A DNA stretch of 63,727 nt, counting the filler, from Reticulomyxa filosa (taxonomy: Eukaryota > Protista > Foraminifera), in NCBI GenBank assembly GCA_000512085.1. It is 24 parts of 24 records of this genome, joined end to end, with 100 filler letters (N's around TTAATTAATTAA, not from the genome) between each part and the next. Parts side by side here need not be neighbours in the genome. Positions count along the whole stretch, not along the records: positions 51,583 to 52,668 come from ASPP01018912.1; positions 52,769 to 54,109 come from ASPP01017844.1; positions 54,210 to 55,360 come from ASPP01000722.1; positions 55,461 to 59,536 come from ASPP01035025.1; positions 59,637 to 62,268 come from ASPP01012837.1; positions 62,369 to 63,727 come from ASPP01013932.1; 18 more parts are not named here. One strand, 5' to 3'. Every line of letters begins with the position of its first letter. Position 1 is the stretch's first letter. The translations under genes and the position numbers were made by a program. The notes beneath the pieces were generated by a model, which was not told the origin of the DNA, made no database searches, and saw only the letters and a list, made by a program, of their open reading frames with translations. This document shows, one piece after another, positions 51,756 to 63,727 of this stretch.

Positions 51756-52065
51756 ATGAGAGAAGTTCTGACAGTCGAAGTGGGACAGTCAGTCCAGTTG
51801 GGCAGCACTATTTGGGAACAGCACTATGCCAAACATGAAACCGACAACAACGGTAAACGCAAAGACGCTTCAGGCAAGGATTGCCATCTCAAGATCTTCT
51901 TTGACGAAATATGAAGTGATAAATTTGCCACAGAAACTTGGCAGTTGAGTTTTTTTTAACACGAACGTGTTGTCGTACCTATGTGCAATGTAATTATTTG
52001 GCACATGCATAAAAAATGTTTGAATACGTCGATTTGGAATCAAATGTGGAGACAAAGCTGACGAT
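51756..52065 (+). pseudogene. Alpha-tubulin 5' pseudogene fragment
   Basis: MREVLTVEVGQSVQLGSTIWEQH...HLKIFFDEI, in-frame TGA at 51912-51914, later YVDLESNV (cf. FVDLEP); nothing further downstream. Confidence 0.8.
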
Positions 52066-52768
52066 GCCTTTGTTTGATTTTATTATTTTTTATTTTATAC
52101 TATGTATCGACAAGTATTTGAAATTGCATATGCATACATTAAAGCTACTAATACAACAAGAAAAAGTAATATATACTATAGTTGCATATACTATATGGAA
52201 AACTATAAATCATAATTTAAAAATTTAATATCATTTATTGAAAAAAATTACTAGACAAAAAGTATAAATAATTTTGTTAGAAAATAAAATATCACATATT
52301 ATAGAAGATGTATTTACTATTATGAACTAATATTACATATTTAATTAATACCAAACATGGAATCACAATAATATATAAATGAAAAAAAAGAAGATCGGAC
52401 ATGAAGAAATATAAAAATCAACTAACAATATGTAGAGATAAACACATTCACAAACACATGTTATTATTTAGTTGGATTAGCAGTATAATATTAATATGTT
52501 TGTGTGAAGTCTGCTACTGGTAAGAGACTGCACTAAAAGAGATCTGTTTTCGCTAAAACAAAAGTAAATTAAATAAATGAAATAGAATAACATAATAAAA
52601 TAAAGAAAACAAACAAAGATTGAAGAAAGTTAGTGGAGAAGTTTAACACACTGGGGCTACTCAAACCANNNNNNNNNNNNNNNNNNNNNNNNNNNNNNNN
52701 NNNNNNNNNNNNTTAATTAATTAANNNNNNNNNNNNNNNNNNNNNNNNNNNNNNNNNNNNNNNNNNNN

Positions 52769-54109
52769 ATGTCTGAGATATGCAAACGGTGATTCAATAC
52801 CAGTACTTTGTTGGACGTAAGTGACCAAGGGTTGAGTGCAATTGCGGCTCATTGTCCAATCTTGCAGATTCTGATCGCAAAACGGTGCTCCCAATTGCAA
52901 GGAATGCTACTATCTATATTCCCATCGTTAAGTGAGGCGGTGCTAGACGAATCACGTTTAATCACGTTAAATATTCACGCCAACAAACTGGCTTGTCTTC
53001 AAGCAAATTATTGTAAACATCTGACAAAGATAGAAATACCATTTGAAATGCCAACCCTGAAAAAGTGGGAAATGATCGGTGCAACTGCCTTGACGAATTT
53101 AAAACTGAGGGCGCCCTTTTTGAAATCTTTACAACTTAGCGAATGTTCGGTTATCGAAAATATAGCGACAAGTAGTAATGCTTTATCAGTATTGGATATT
53201 CAAGGATGCAAGTTACTTGATTCATGTGGATTAATGGAATTAGTAGTGCCAGAAGCGCAATCTCAAGTAAGGCACGTAATCCTCGCAAACACGAAATTTC
53301 CGAAAATTATTCAATGTTGTCCATTGGCATTGTTCCTTCGATATCATCCGCCACAAAATAATTTGTTGAATGAGATTGAGCAAGCATATAGCAAGCAAAT
53401 AAAGACAGGTGACACTTCAAAGCAGTGTTACAGTCAGCAATGTGTGATAAGATATTCACATTTTTAGACAAGTTTGCAAAAAGTGTTGAGGATATCTTCC
53501 TTAATGAAGACCCACCAATTATTGTGCAATATCTGACAGAGATTAATAGCTCCGGAGAAGATGATGATGCAAATCAATGCATACTCAACCAATTGAAAAT
53601 CGCTTTAAAACATGAAAGTTCTGTAATTCGTGTGAAGGCAGCACATGCAGTAAGTTATTCGGGGCCCGAATCACATACAAAGGACATTGTAGATCAGTTG
53701 ATTCTATCTTTAAAGGATTGCGATTGGGATACCCGCGTGGAAGTAGCAAAGATATCAAGTCCATTAAGACCGATTATATTGGCAGCCGCTTTGAGAGATG
53801 CAAATTTGGATACATGCAAAAAAGCGGCAAAAAAAATGTAAATGATTGGATCAGCAGCAGCTACCGAACGTGTGCTGGCTGAATTGACAGTTGCTTTGAG
53901 GATACGAAAAAAAAGTTCGATTGGAAGTGATAAGAGCTCTTGGCTCATTCGGGTCAGCTGCAGCCACACACGCAATTTTATATCAATTGGCCGAAACTTT
54001 AAAGGATACAGATGTAGACATTCGCTTGGAAACAGCAAACACTCTTGGCTTATTTGGTCCAGCGGCGGCAACAGAAAAAGTGTTACATCGATTAGTTGTT
54101 GCTTTGCAT
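52769..54109 (+). CDS. LRR + HEAT-repeat protein, with lesions in the HEAT part
   Basis: Cys-containing LRRs (HCPILQIL, LKSLQLSEC, LDIQGCKLL) splice in frame through a 59-nt intron (53409-53467) into PBS-lyase-type HEAT repeats (LKD.D.D.R...A..LG); in-frame TAA at 53839 and a frameshift near 53910. Confidence 0.65.
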
Positions 54110-54279
54110 NNNNNNNNNNNNNNNNNNNNNNNNNNNNNNNNNNNNNNNNNNNNTTAATTAATTAANNNNNNNNNNNNNNNNNNNNNNNNNNNNNNNNNNN
54201 NNNNNNNNNGTTGGGCTATGTCCCGTTGGGGCGGGGTCCTATAACCTTCCATCAAAAAAAAAAAAAAAATTGTACAACT

Positions 54280-54762
54280 CTTTTTTGAGGCCCTTTGGTT
54301 GTAGAGCGTAGATTGGAAGCAATAAAGGACCAGTTGACAAAATTCCAAAATTTGTCAATAAATTTTGCTCTTTCATTTTTGTAGTCAACAAGGGTACTAA
54401 TTCATGTTGCAATGAATTCTCTGCATCATGCCCCTCAAATAGTTGTAGTTTTCCTTCTTTTTTGTTCCAAGTCAGCCACAACCTTTCAATATAAATTCCC
54501 ATCCCAATAAAAAAAGCATACATATACATATATATATATATATGGATATAACACAAGCGCACATATACAAACCATTCAGATCCAAAATGATTAGTTGCTG
54601 AAGTGGCAAAGGCTTGTTTAAATTGCTCAACTAAACCAAAGTATGTTGTTAATGAGGTAATCAAATAATTGGGGATTCGGTCTCGATGTTTGGGCTCAGG
54701 AGTCAAGCATTTCCAAAAAAAGTCGTGGTTATAAATTTGACTAGCCAAATTCAAAATACCTT
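54280..54762 (-). pseudogene. Fe/Mn superoxide dismutase pseudogene
   Basis: QIYNHDFFWKCL, FGSEW|LWL and PLLT, then in another frame DYKNERAKFIDKFWNFVNW; the DxWEHAYY motif and the N-terminus are missing. Confidence 0.85.
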
Positions 54763-57700
54763 TATGTAATGGTCATTGTGAGGAGTCTACTGTGGAAATC
54801 TGCACTAAATGTAATACGAAAGGAACTTAGTTCCAAAAGAACAATGTCAATAAAAGGAAAGTAAGAAAAGACAATGAAGTAAGAAGTAGTTAACTGATGA
54901 AGTTTAACCAAATGGAGCTCCTCAGTTCCATACAAGTTCAACTATGTGTGATAAGGGCTTGCCCTACATCATGTTTGCGTTTTTTTATTTGTTACTTCAA
55001 GTTAAGGTATTCTGCATTTTTTTTCTCAACTGATACACTAGAATGCGTTATTACTTCTGTTATGATGCATTTCCGGTGATGCAATCGCATTGAATTTGGT
55101 CATATATCCTGCATGATGCTTGTCATAGTGATAGTGTACTTGCTCTAAAGTTAAGAATGGAGCAAGTGCTGTTTGTTCGTAAGGAAGTGGCAATTGCTCT
55201 AACAATTTCTGTTCCCTCCCCGTTTCAAAGCTACGCTTTTAATGATTCAAATGAGTCGAAATGTTTCACCAGTAATTTTTTCAACTTACGGCTAATAATA
55301 GAATCAGCGATAATCCATAATACAAAGATTACAATGAGATATATGTTCAATTTTTTTTTTNNNNNNNNNNNNNNNNNNNNNNNNNNNNNNNNNNNNNNNN
55401 NNNNTTAATTAATTAANNNNNNNNNNNNNNNNNNNNNNNNNNNNNNNNNNNNNNNNNNNNTGTCCGTAATCTTTTGTTGCAGGTGCGGAAATTGCGAACT
55501 ATTTCTATTTCATTAACACTACAATACTTCTTCAGCAAAAGGTTGAACATCCAGTTTTGGTGAAACCCCGTTTCTGTTTGACATTCAAGAGCTTCCAACA
55601 TTACAATCAATGTTTTACTATACATCTTACCAAAAGATGTCCGCTTTTCAACGTCGATCTGTTTCTTCTTTTCAGTGGTTGGTTCATTCCACGCAGTTGG
55701 ATGAGACGAGTTCTTGCAAGACCGCAACAAAGCTGGCTCTTCTTGACTTTGGATTGATTTATTTGATATTGGATTACTCGTCAATGCAAGACAGCAATTA
55801 CTTGCTTCAAGATATCTGGACGTCTTCTTCTCAATCCTCACTGCTTATGGAATTATGGTAATCTAATTGTTGTAAGAACAATAAACAACAAATCCATTCA
55901 AATTGTCCAGAAAGAGTCAATGCTTCTTTTAACTTCAATTTTTTCCAAAAGCGTTCGCGTCAATGAAGCACTCTTACTTGACGAACAACATACTCCGATT
56001 CGACACATTCCACCAAACCAACGCGAAGACCATACCAAAGTAAGTATCTTGGAAATGTTTCAATATCTTTGATCTGTCGATATCAAGGGGGGGGGGAGTG
56101 ATTGATTACCAAAGAACATAATCACAAATACATGTACAGAACGATGATAGATATTTGATTAAATTCTTTGCATCGATTAGTTGGAGCGCATCGAATGAAA
56201 GTAGTGCATATCAATCTGTTGTGAGATTGAAAGCACATAACATATTATTGCCATTGATGTTTTATTTCAATAATATCTTAATAATCTTTGGTGGATATGC
56301 ATGTCGACGTTATTTATGGATTTCATTGTGTTGACATCTTCGTCCACATTATCTACTTTATTTTATACATACCAACAATCACAACATATCATATTTATTG
56401 ACACAATTCATATGCCACTAATAATTTTCGTCGATATTTTTGCTGCTTTTTTTTTTCTTTTCTCTTTTCATTAAGTTAATCTTTTTCTTCTTCTTCTTCT
56501 TCTATCTGTCCACCTTTTTCTTTCTTTCACTACAAAAACCTGAAGTACATTTTTCTATAATGAAAAGGTACATGCTAACATTATGTTGATTAAGACATTA
56601 TTACCAACAATTGAAAATATGATACAAATAATAAATACCTTGAAATAGATAACGCTGCCTTTGTCATATCATGTGACCACTCGTGGTGTTGTTATACTTT
56701 AAGGCTTGTAGTGTAATTGTGGATATATGCAAATAGATAAATTTGCAAAGCCATTCCAAGATTGTTAAGCGCGATCCGGATGTTCATTTTTTCTGGACGT
56801 TACTAAATGCGCATGTGCTCACATCGATTCCCAGAGGAATGGTACACTAATTTGACAACGGCAGTGTCCACAAATTGACCGATCATGCTCAGTATTTGAT
56901 TACTCTTCAAATGCAATTTGAAGAGAAGACAATGGGGCAAACCATTATCGGAGGGAGCCATGTGGATAATAGACAGTTCCAATATCATCTGTCGCCGAGG
57001 AAAGCCGTTCAATGCTCACAATTCGGCCAAACATGGTCAGCAACGGAATACGTACTATATGCTAAATATACTATGATCAAATTATTAATAACTCTAACGC
57101 GATGTGGTATCTTGAAAGCAATGTTCAATTCTGAAGTGCGCAAAATATCGATTATGTATAGAGCTTCTTCGAGTTCACATTGCCACTTTTGTTCAATAAA
57201 GACTTCCGGTACATTTTTATCAATGGAGCTGGACGATACGACTATTATGGTAGGTGTTTGTGTTTTTTTTTTTGATATAACTTCACTTTCAGGAATAGCT
57301 TGCATGTTGAGTAGCGAGTTCTGGGTGCTGTCAGAAAAGAATTATTTGTAATTTGAAATACGATCAGATGATACTAATGTATGTCCATAGAAGCATCCAA
57401 ACGACGAATACATGTTTATTCATATACACCGATATGTTCAATGCGTTGCCGCCAACAAATAAAGTGGAGATAATGATACAGCAGCTGAATTGAATAATAA
57501 TGAAAATGTGCGCCGTTGGTTGTATCGCGCCGATGAGTCGAGTGCAATGCTTGCTTCTTACAACCATTCACTTTATATCTTCAATAAATCTTTCAGCTCA
57601 CATTTGATTATGCGAATGGTCTAGTCCAATGCCAATTCTACAATATTATAAGTATGTTATCAATTTTTTAAATAAATAAACAAAACAAAGCAAAATACTT

Positions 57701-59686
57701 AACTATTGTTGTTGCAATCGCACGAGCAACAATTCTTCAACAAAAAAAATTTAAAAAATAAAATTATAAACATTATCTCTTTTTCATTTTTTCTTTTTTT
57801 CCTCCTTTTTTTTTACTTTTTTTTTCATTTCATTTTTTTTTTCTTTTTTTTTCTTATTTCATATTTTCTTTTTTTTCTTTCTATTATTTTCTTTTTTATT
57901 ATCATCTTTTTTTTTCCCCCTTATTCATTTCCCCTTTTTTTTAATTTATTATTCTATTTTTTTTTTTTAATACATTTTTTAAACCCCCCTCCTTAAATTT
58001 TTTTTCTTCCCTACCACTTAAACTTTTTTCATACAGTGTACCTATATCTGTACAAAAGCACAAACAAATTTACATTATATATTTTTTTAAAAAACAAAAA
58101 AAGAAACGTTTAACTGCAACAAGTGGATCCATTCGAGTTCAGGTATTTTTTTTTTCCTATATAAACACTTAACAAATTTTTGGGGAGGGATTGGTAATAC
58201 AATAAATAAATAAAAATGTAAACATATATATATTTTTTTTCTTTGAAGGGGGAATTCCTATTACTAACACAAACACATCACATTATATAATAAAAGTATA
58301 TAAAAAAACTAAATACAAATATAAGCATACTTTTTTTGCTCCTTTCGGATGCGGGGTGGATTTCGACCCCATTTTCTTTTTCATTTTTTATTTTCTTATT
58401 TTTATTTTTTATTTTTATTTGTGTGTGTGTAGATAGGGACCGATGATACGATATTGCGGATGGGGGAACCTATGTACAAATCACAAAACATTTGTATATG
58501 TATGTATAAAAAAAAAAGAGATAAATAAGACAAACCTTTTTATATCCTTTTGGAGACGGGGTTGGTTCTACACCTTATTCTTCTTTTTTTTTCTAATCAC
58601 AGTTGGGGGGGGATTCTATTGTGACAAACACACAACATATAGTTACATATTGCACACACACAAAAAAAAGATTTTACCTTCTCTGGCGCACAATACTGCA
58701 ATCAAAATCTCGCATTATGTGGCCACAACGATAAGTGGTTGAATTCGATCATCATTTGCGGCTTCTCCAATTTATACAATTATTTGTGCCGCTTTGTTTA
58801 TATCTCCAAGCTCCACAAGTATACTATACACAAGTCAAAGTCAAGAGATAATGTCTATTATTGCAGAAACAAAAAAAAGAAAATGAAGATAACTTGGCAG
58901 CAGAACATAATCGACGTGGATTGGATATCAATGGAAGTGTTTGTAGACATTCGCAGTATTATTGATTTCGAATATGTAAGCATAATTGTCGTGTCGGAGC
59001 TGGAGCAATTTGTGAAGGCAATAGAATCAGTTGGTGCACACAGTCATGCGGATGTTGCATTGACGGCACAGATGCCACTGGACGCCACTTATTGGAGAAA
59101 TCAGTGTCTCTTTGCACAAAAAGAATATAAGCATCACGGCCGACTTGCAATAGAATTGCTCGTCAGTTGCGTTATGCTCATTTTCCTTATTTGAGCAAAT
59201 AGCGCTTCAATCTCCTTAAGGGCATGCCATTGGCAATCAGACAATGGGAACCGATTTTCATTTACGACTTGTAACAGCCATACGTTGGAACCGTCATCGC
59301 CGTCTGTAAATGACAATTTGCAACAATCACATTATTACGTATATCTTGATGATCTGTATGGTATATACAATTTTTTTTTTGTTTCCTTTTTTAAAAAAAA
59401 ATATATAAAAAAAAACAACTTAACATTGTAGAATTGGATAACATTTTCAACATAGCCGGTGAAGTTTTGCAAGTCAATGATAAGAACTGTGCAGCGATAC
59501 GTTGCAATGACAAATTTGCTGGGACGATATACAGTGNNNNNNNNNNNNNNNNNNNNNNNNNNNNNNNNNNNNNNNNNNNNTTAATTAATTAANNNNNNNN
59601 NNNNNNNNNNNNNNNNNNNNNNNNNNNNNNNNNNNNATACATATATATATATATATATATATATGTATATGTATATATAAGTGTAG

Positions 59687-61166
59687 AAAGAACAAGTAAT
59701 AACGAATGACAAGAAAGCGGACAACGATAGAGGATTAGAAAAAGAAGTGGAGAGAACAGAGATTGGAGAAACAAAGCCTGGGATAAACTTGCAGGGCTAT
59801 TGTGCAAACAATGGATGCCTGGCTTCGAAAGCAAAGCTGCCAGTGTGGGTGAATATCGGTTTTGACAAGATTGCATTTGTGTCAGGTAAGACGTGGTTCA
59901 TTTGTCCGGATTGCAAAAAGTCGACAGTGGAGTCAATAGTCAGGGCGGTGTTGTACAATTCCGAGCACTCGATTTCCGCCGTCGCGGACGATGTGATGTG
60001 TGTGACGGATAACAATTACCAATGCTCGTATGTCATTAAATCGGGACTGTCGTATGAGTTGAAGGCGAGTAAGATTCGACAGCATGCGCAGAGCATTGAG
60101 GATTTGAGAGAGCGAAGTGAGCAAGCAATGAATAGTATTGAAATGAGGAATTTGATGACCGAGTTGCAAAAGTATGAGATTACAGTGGTGAAGCCACCGA
60201 GTTTGAAAGGGAATGAGCGACTATTGGAAAAGATTCAATCCGATTATGGTGGTGATTTTAATCAGGTATTTGATATTGGACGATGTACTATTTTATGTGA
60301 CAATCCAACGAAATTACAAACGGCAGTTGCGGTAATGAAAAAGGCCGATCAATTCAATTTGATTGTGTCTGAAGACAAAGACTTTTTTGACAAAAAGTCA
60401 AAGACGCATCATCGATTTCACAATATCAAATTGTTTGTTCCAAAGCATGATGTTTATATTGAAATGCAAGCGACATTAAAGAATTTTACGACTTTGGACG
60501 GATATACGGTGATTGAAAATCCGAAATTGAGTCATTCATTCTATGAGATGATCCGAGCGTGGAAGCCCAAGGATCACATGGAAGAGGAATTGAAACAGGC
60601 AAGTGATGAGACATTGACAAAGATCAATGACATCATTTGCGAATGGATTGACGAAAGAGAGATTAAAAGAGTTGCCAATCGTTATAAAGCACACTCCGAA
60701 CTTGGGATATTGAAACCTCCGCAATTGCGAGAAGTGGATAAAGAGCATGTCAACTCCAAGCAGCAGCATGTTCCTTTGCAATTGACGGCGTTTGTGTATG
60801 ATCAACTCTGCACGTTTGACCCCGTCAAAATGAAAGGAAGAGCTGTGTATGTAGTCTTGTTGCAGTTCTTCAAAACACATATCATGGGCGATGCAAATCC
60901 AGCCAGCTGTGCAGATGTCGCATCGATTCTGAAACAGTCCAGATCGCAAGAATTGGAAGAGGATGAAGCAATGTCCCAAGCCCTTGAAACATATATTCCA
61001 TTACAAGCAAATCATTTCCCTTATGTGGATGGTGATGACCATTGTAATGCACAGCATGCCGCTTATGATTGTTATCAACATGTGATGGATTTGTTGGAAG
61101 AAAAAAAAGAAGAAGAAAAAAAAGAGAGGAAAAAAAGAAGAGGAAAAAAAGAAGAGGAAAAGAATC

Positions 61167-61206
<40 letters not shown>

Positions 61207-62268
61207 TGTAATAATATTACAAGGAAAATCAGGATCGGGAAAAAGCTTATTCTGTCGTCATTTGGAAGATACATTATGGAAAACATATGACAATAATTCA
61301 GCCAAGGCCATTCCTGTATACATTTCATTGCCCAAATGCTATGACAAATACGATGAACCACATATCATCCATCAAGCTTTGCAAATGAAACAAATCAACA
61401 AAGATATGATCGATACCATTCGTGAGCGCGCTTCATTTGTGTTTATTTTGGATGGTTTTGATGAAATATTTGACAGATATAATTCGAGTATTAATGCCAA
61501 TGTCAATGCCAATGCCAATGCTAATAAAGAAAGGCATTTTTATAAGCGCTTCCATTTACATGAATGGAATGCAAAAGTGATTATCACTTGTCGAAGTCAT
61601 GTACTAAACGACAACGATAACAATGACAACAATGACAACAATGACGGTAACAACAACAATGACGATAATATCAAACACATTATGATTGGATCAAACGAGA
61701 CGACGACGACGACGACGACGACGAAGACGACGCCGATGATATATTTGTGGCCCTTTTCAAAAGAGCAAATGCACGGATATATCGACAAATTTGTCAAAAT
61801 GAACAAAACAAACCAGTTCAATGCATATTCGGATTGGACGACGGAGCAATATGAGACGACGTTGCAAAGCTATCCCAGTCTGCACAAAATGGTGGAAGAG
61901 CCATTTTTACTTCGATTGATATTGACAGTATTGCCTTCACTCATAAAACAGCAGCAGCGACGAGGACGACGACGACGACAACGACGACGACATTTCACAC
62001 AAAATCAAATATCAAAAGTGCAAGTGTACGAAGCATTCCACGAGCAATGGATTGACATGCATGCGCAGAGTATCTGCAGCAAACTGGCCGAATTGCGAAT
62101 CCAAATCAATCCTGATAAAATCAAATGGACATTGGAAAAGTATTGCCAAGACTTGGGATTTGAAATGTTTGTGCAAGGCAACCAAGTGGCAACAGAGCAT
62201 TGTAAGCAATATGATACATTTCAAACTTTAAAAAAAGAAGAAGAAAAAGAAGAAGAAGAAGAAGAAGA
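59687..62268 (+). CDS. NLR-like family copy 4: Cys4 domain + RelA/SpoT-like nucleotidyltransferase + helical region + NACHT (both ends truncated)
   Basis: Exon starts after the TAG acceptor at 59686. [13 protein letters not shown]; LKGNERLLEKIQSDYGGDFNQVFDIGRCTI...HRFHNIKL...IEMQ...HSFYEMIR; GKSGSGKS, FVFILDGFDE, IITCR and EEPFLL. Confidence 0.92.
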
Positions 62269-62368
62269 NNNNNNNNNNNNNNNNNNNNNNNNNNNNNNNN
62301 NNNNNNNNNNNNTTAATTAATTAANNNNNNNNNNNNNNNNNNNNNNNNNNNNNNNNNNNNNNNNNNNN

Positions 62369-63727
62369 GGCGCTCGCACTTCAGGCGCACCTCTTCGGTG
62401 TCTTCGACGATGAAGGTGGTAATACCCTTCACCAGCGCGTATTCCAGCCGTTTTTCTACCGGTTGGCTACGCCAGGCCAGGTCTTCACCCTTGGCTTCCT
62501 TGGCGTCGCCACGGAAGCTTTCTGCCAGTGCAATCAGCGCCTCGGTGGCCGCCATGGCGTCGTCGCCACGCATCAGCACCACGTCCTCGATGCGCTCGCG
62601 CAGCACCGGGTCCACCTCGTCGTACACCTCCAGCGCGCCGGCGTTGACGATACCCATGGTCATGCCGCGCTGGATGGCGTGGTACAGGAACACGGCGTGG
62701 ATGGCCTCGCGCACCTTGTTGTTGCCGCGGAAGCTGAACGACACGTTGGACACGCCGCCGGAGATCTTGGCGTGCGGCAGGTGCTGCTTGATCCAGCCGG
62801 TGGCTTCGATGAAGTCCAGGCCGTAGCGGGCGTGTTCCTCGATACCGGTGGCCACGGCAAAGATGTTGGGGTCGAAGATGATGTCTTCCGGCGGGTAACC
62901 CACCTCGTCTACCAGCACGCGGTAGCTCTTTTCGCAGATTTCCACCTTGCGGGCGAAGGTGTCGGCCTGGCCGGCTTCGTCGAAGGCCATCACGATCACC
63001 GCCGCGCCGTAGCGGCGCAGCAGGCGCGCCTGCTCGACAAACTTGTCCTTGCCCTCTTTCAGCGAGATGGAGTTGACGATGCCCTTGCCCTGGATGCACT
63101 TGAGGCCGGCTTCGATCACGTCCCATTTCGAGCTGTCGATCATGATCGGCACCCGTGCGATGTCGGGTTCGGCAGCGATCAGGTTGAGGAAGCGCACCAT
63201 GGCCGCCTTGGCGTCCAGCATGCCTTCATCCATGTTGATGTCGATGACCTGGGCGCCGTTTTCCACCTGCTGGCGCGCCACGTCCAGCGCCGTGGCGTAG
63301 TCGCCATTGAGGATGAGCTTGGCAAACGCGCGCGAGCCAGTCACGTTGGTACGCTCGCCGACGTTGACGAACAGGTCCTTGTCGCCGATGTTGAACGGCT
63401 CCAGGCCGGACAAGCGGCACTTGGGCTCGATCTGCGGCAGCGGGCGCGGCGGCAGGTCTTTCACCGCCTCGTAGATGGCCTTGATGTGGCCCGGCGTGGT
63501 GCCGCAACAGCCGCCGATGATGTTGACCAGGCCCGACTCGGCCCATTCGCGGATCTGCGGCGCCATGTCTTCCGGCAACAGGTCGTAGCCGGTGGGCGCC
63601 AGCGGGTTGGGCAGGCCGGCGTTGGCGTGTACCGACACAAAGCTGTTGGCGATGCGCGACATCTCTTCCACGTACGGGCGCAGCAGGTCCGGCCCCAGCG
63701 CACAGTTCAGGCCGAAGCTCAGCGCGT
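62369..63727 (-). CDS. metH: Bacterial B12-dependent methionine synthase, internal fragment
   Basis: [49 protein letters not shown] and [13 protein letters not shown]; high GC, open across the whole contig. Confidence 0.98.

Noticed and set aside
53830-53850. Stop-codon reassignment (TAA read as Gln, as in ciliates)
   Set aside because: Long intact genes in the window have no in-frame TAA/TAG and several end in TAA, so the standard code fits
58325-58372. tRNA gene (TTCGA-like T-loop sequence)
   Set aside because: No cloverleaf, D-arm or anticodon arm can be built
6353-62368. Regularly recurring TTAATTAATTAA flanked by Ns as a CRISPR-like or biological repeat
   Set aside because: Exact 44N-12-44N structure each time with six-frame stops; it is a concatenation linker
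59687-63727. Functional linkage or HGT between the NLR-like gene and metH (likewise PKS with its neighbours)
   Set aside because: Separated by spacers; adjacency between contigs is arbitrary

Overview
This is not a contiguous locus. It is 24 short contigs joined by an artificial 100-bp spacer (44 N + TTAATTAATTAA + 44 N), so neighbourhood means something only within a contig. Twenty-two contigs come from a very AT-rich, intron-containing eukaryote (GT-AG introns, the shortest about 60 nt, and (TA)n/poly-A at contig ends). An EFL-type elongation factor, a divergent alpha-tubulin and an expanded WD40 family suggest a foraminiferan such as Reticulomyxa; this is inference, not verified. Two GC-rich, intron-less contigs (type I PKS KS-AT and metH) are bacterial. 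Host genes or fragments include a thioredoxin/PDI-like protein, alpha-kinase, MRG15, ACOT9, kinesin, SR protein, CPSF6-like protein, fucosyltransferase-like protein, Clp1, S10 carboxypeptidase, CCDC40, IGHMBP2, an ankyrin protein, an LRR-HEAT protein, a decayed LINE RT, and tubulin and Fe/Mn-SOD pseudogenes. The main finding is four partial paralogues of one NLR-like (STAND) family. Their overlapping sequences reconstruct the architecture CUE/UBA-like - Cys4 putative Zn domain - RelA/SpoT-like nucleotidyltransferase - helical region - NACHT - pentapeptide repeats - about 15 WD40 repeats with variable surface positions. This looks like a HET-E-style eukaryotic immune or non-self receptor whose effector is an alarmone-synthetase-fold enzyme. 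All calls are motif recognition by eye; no searches were run.
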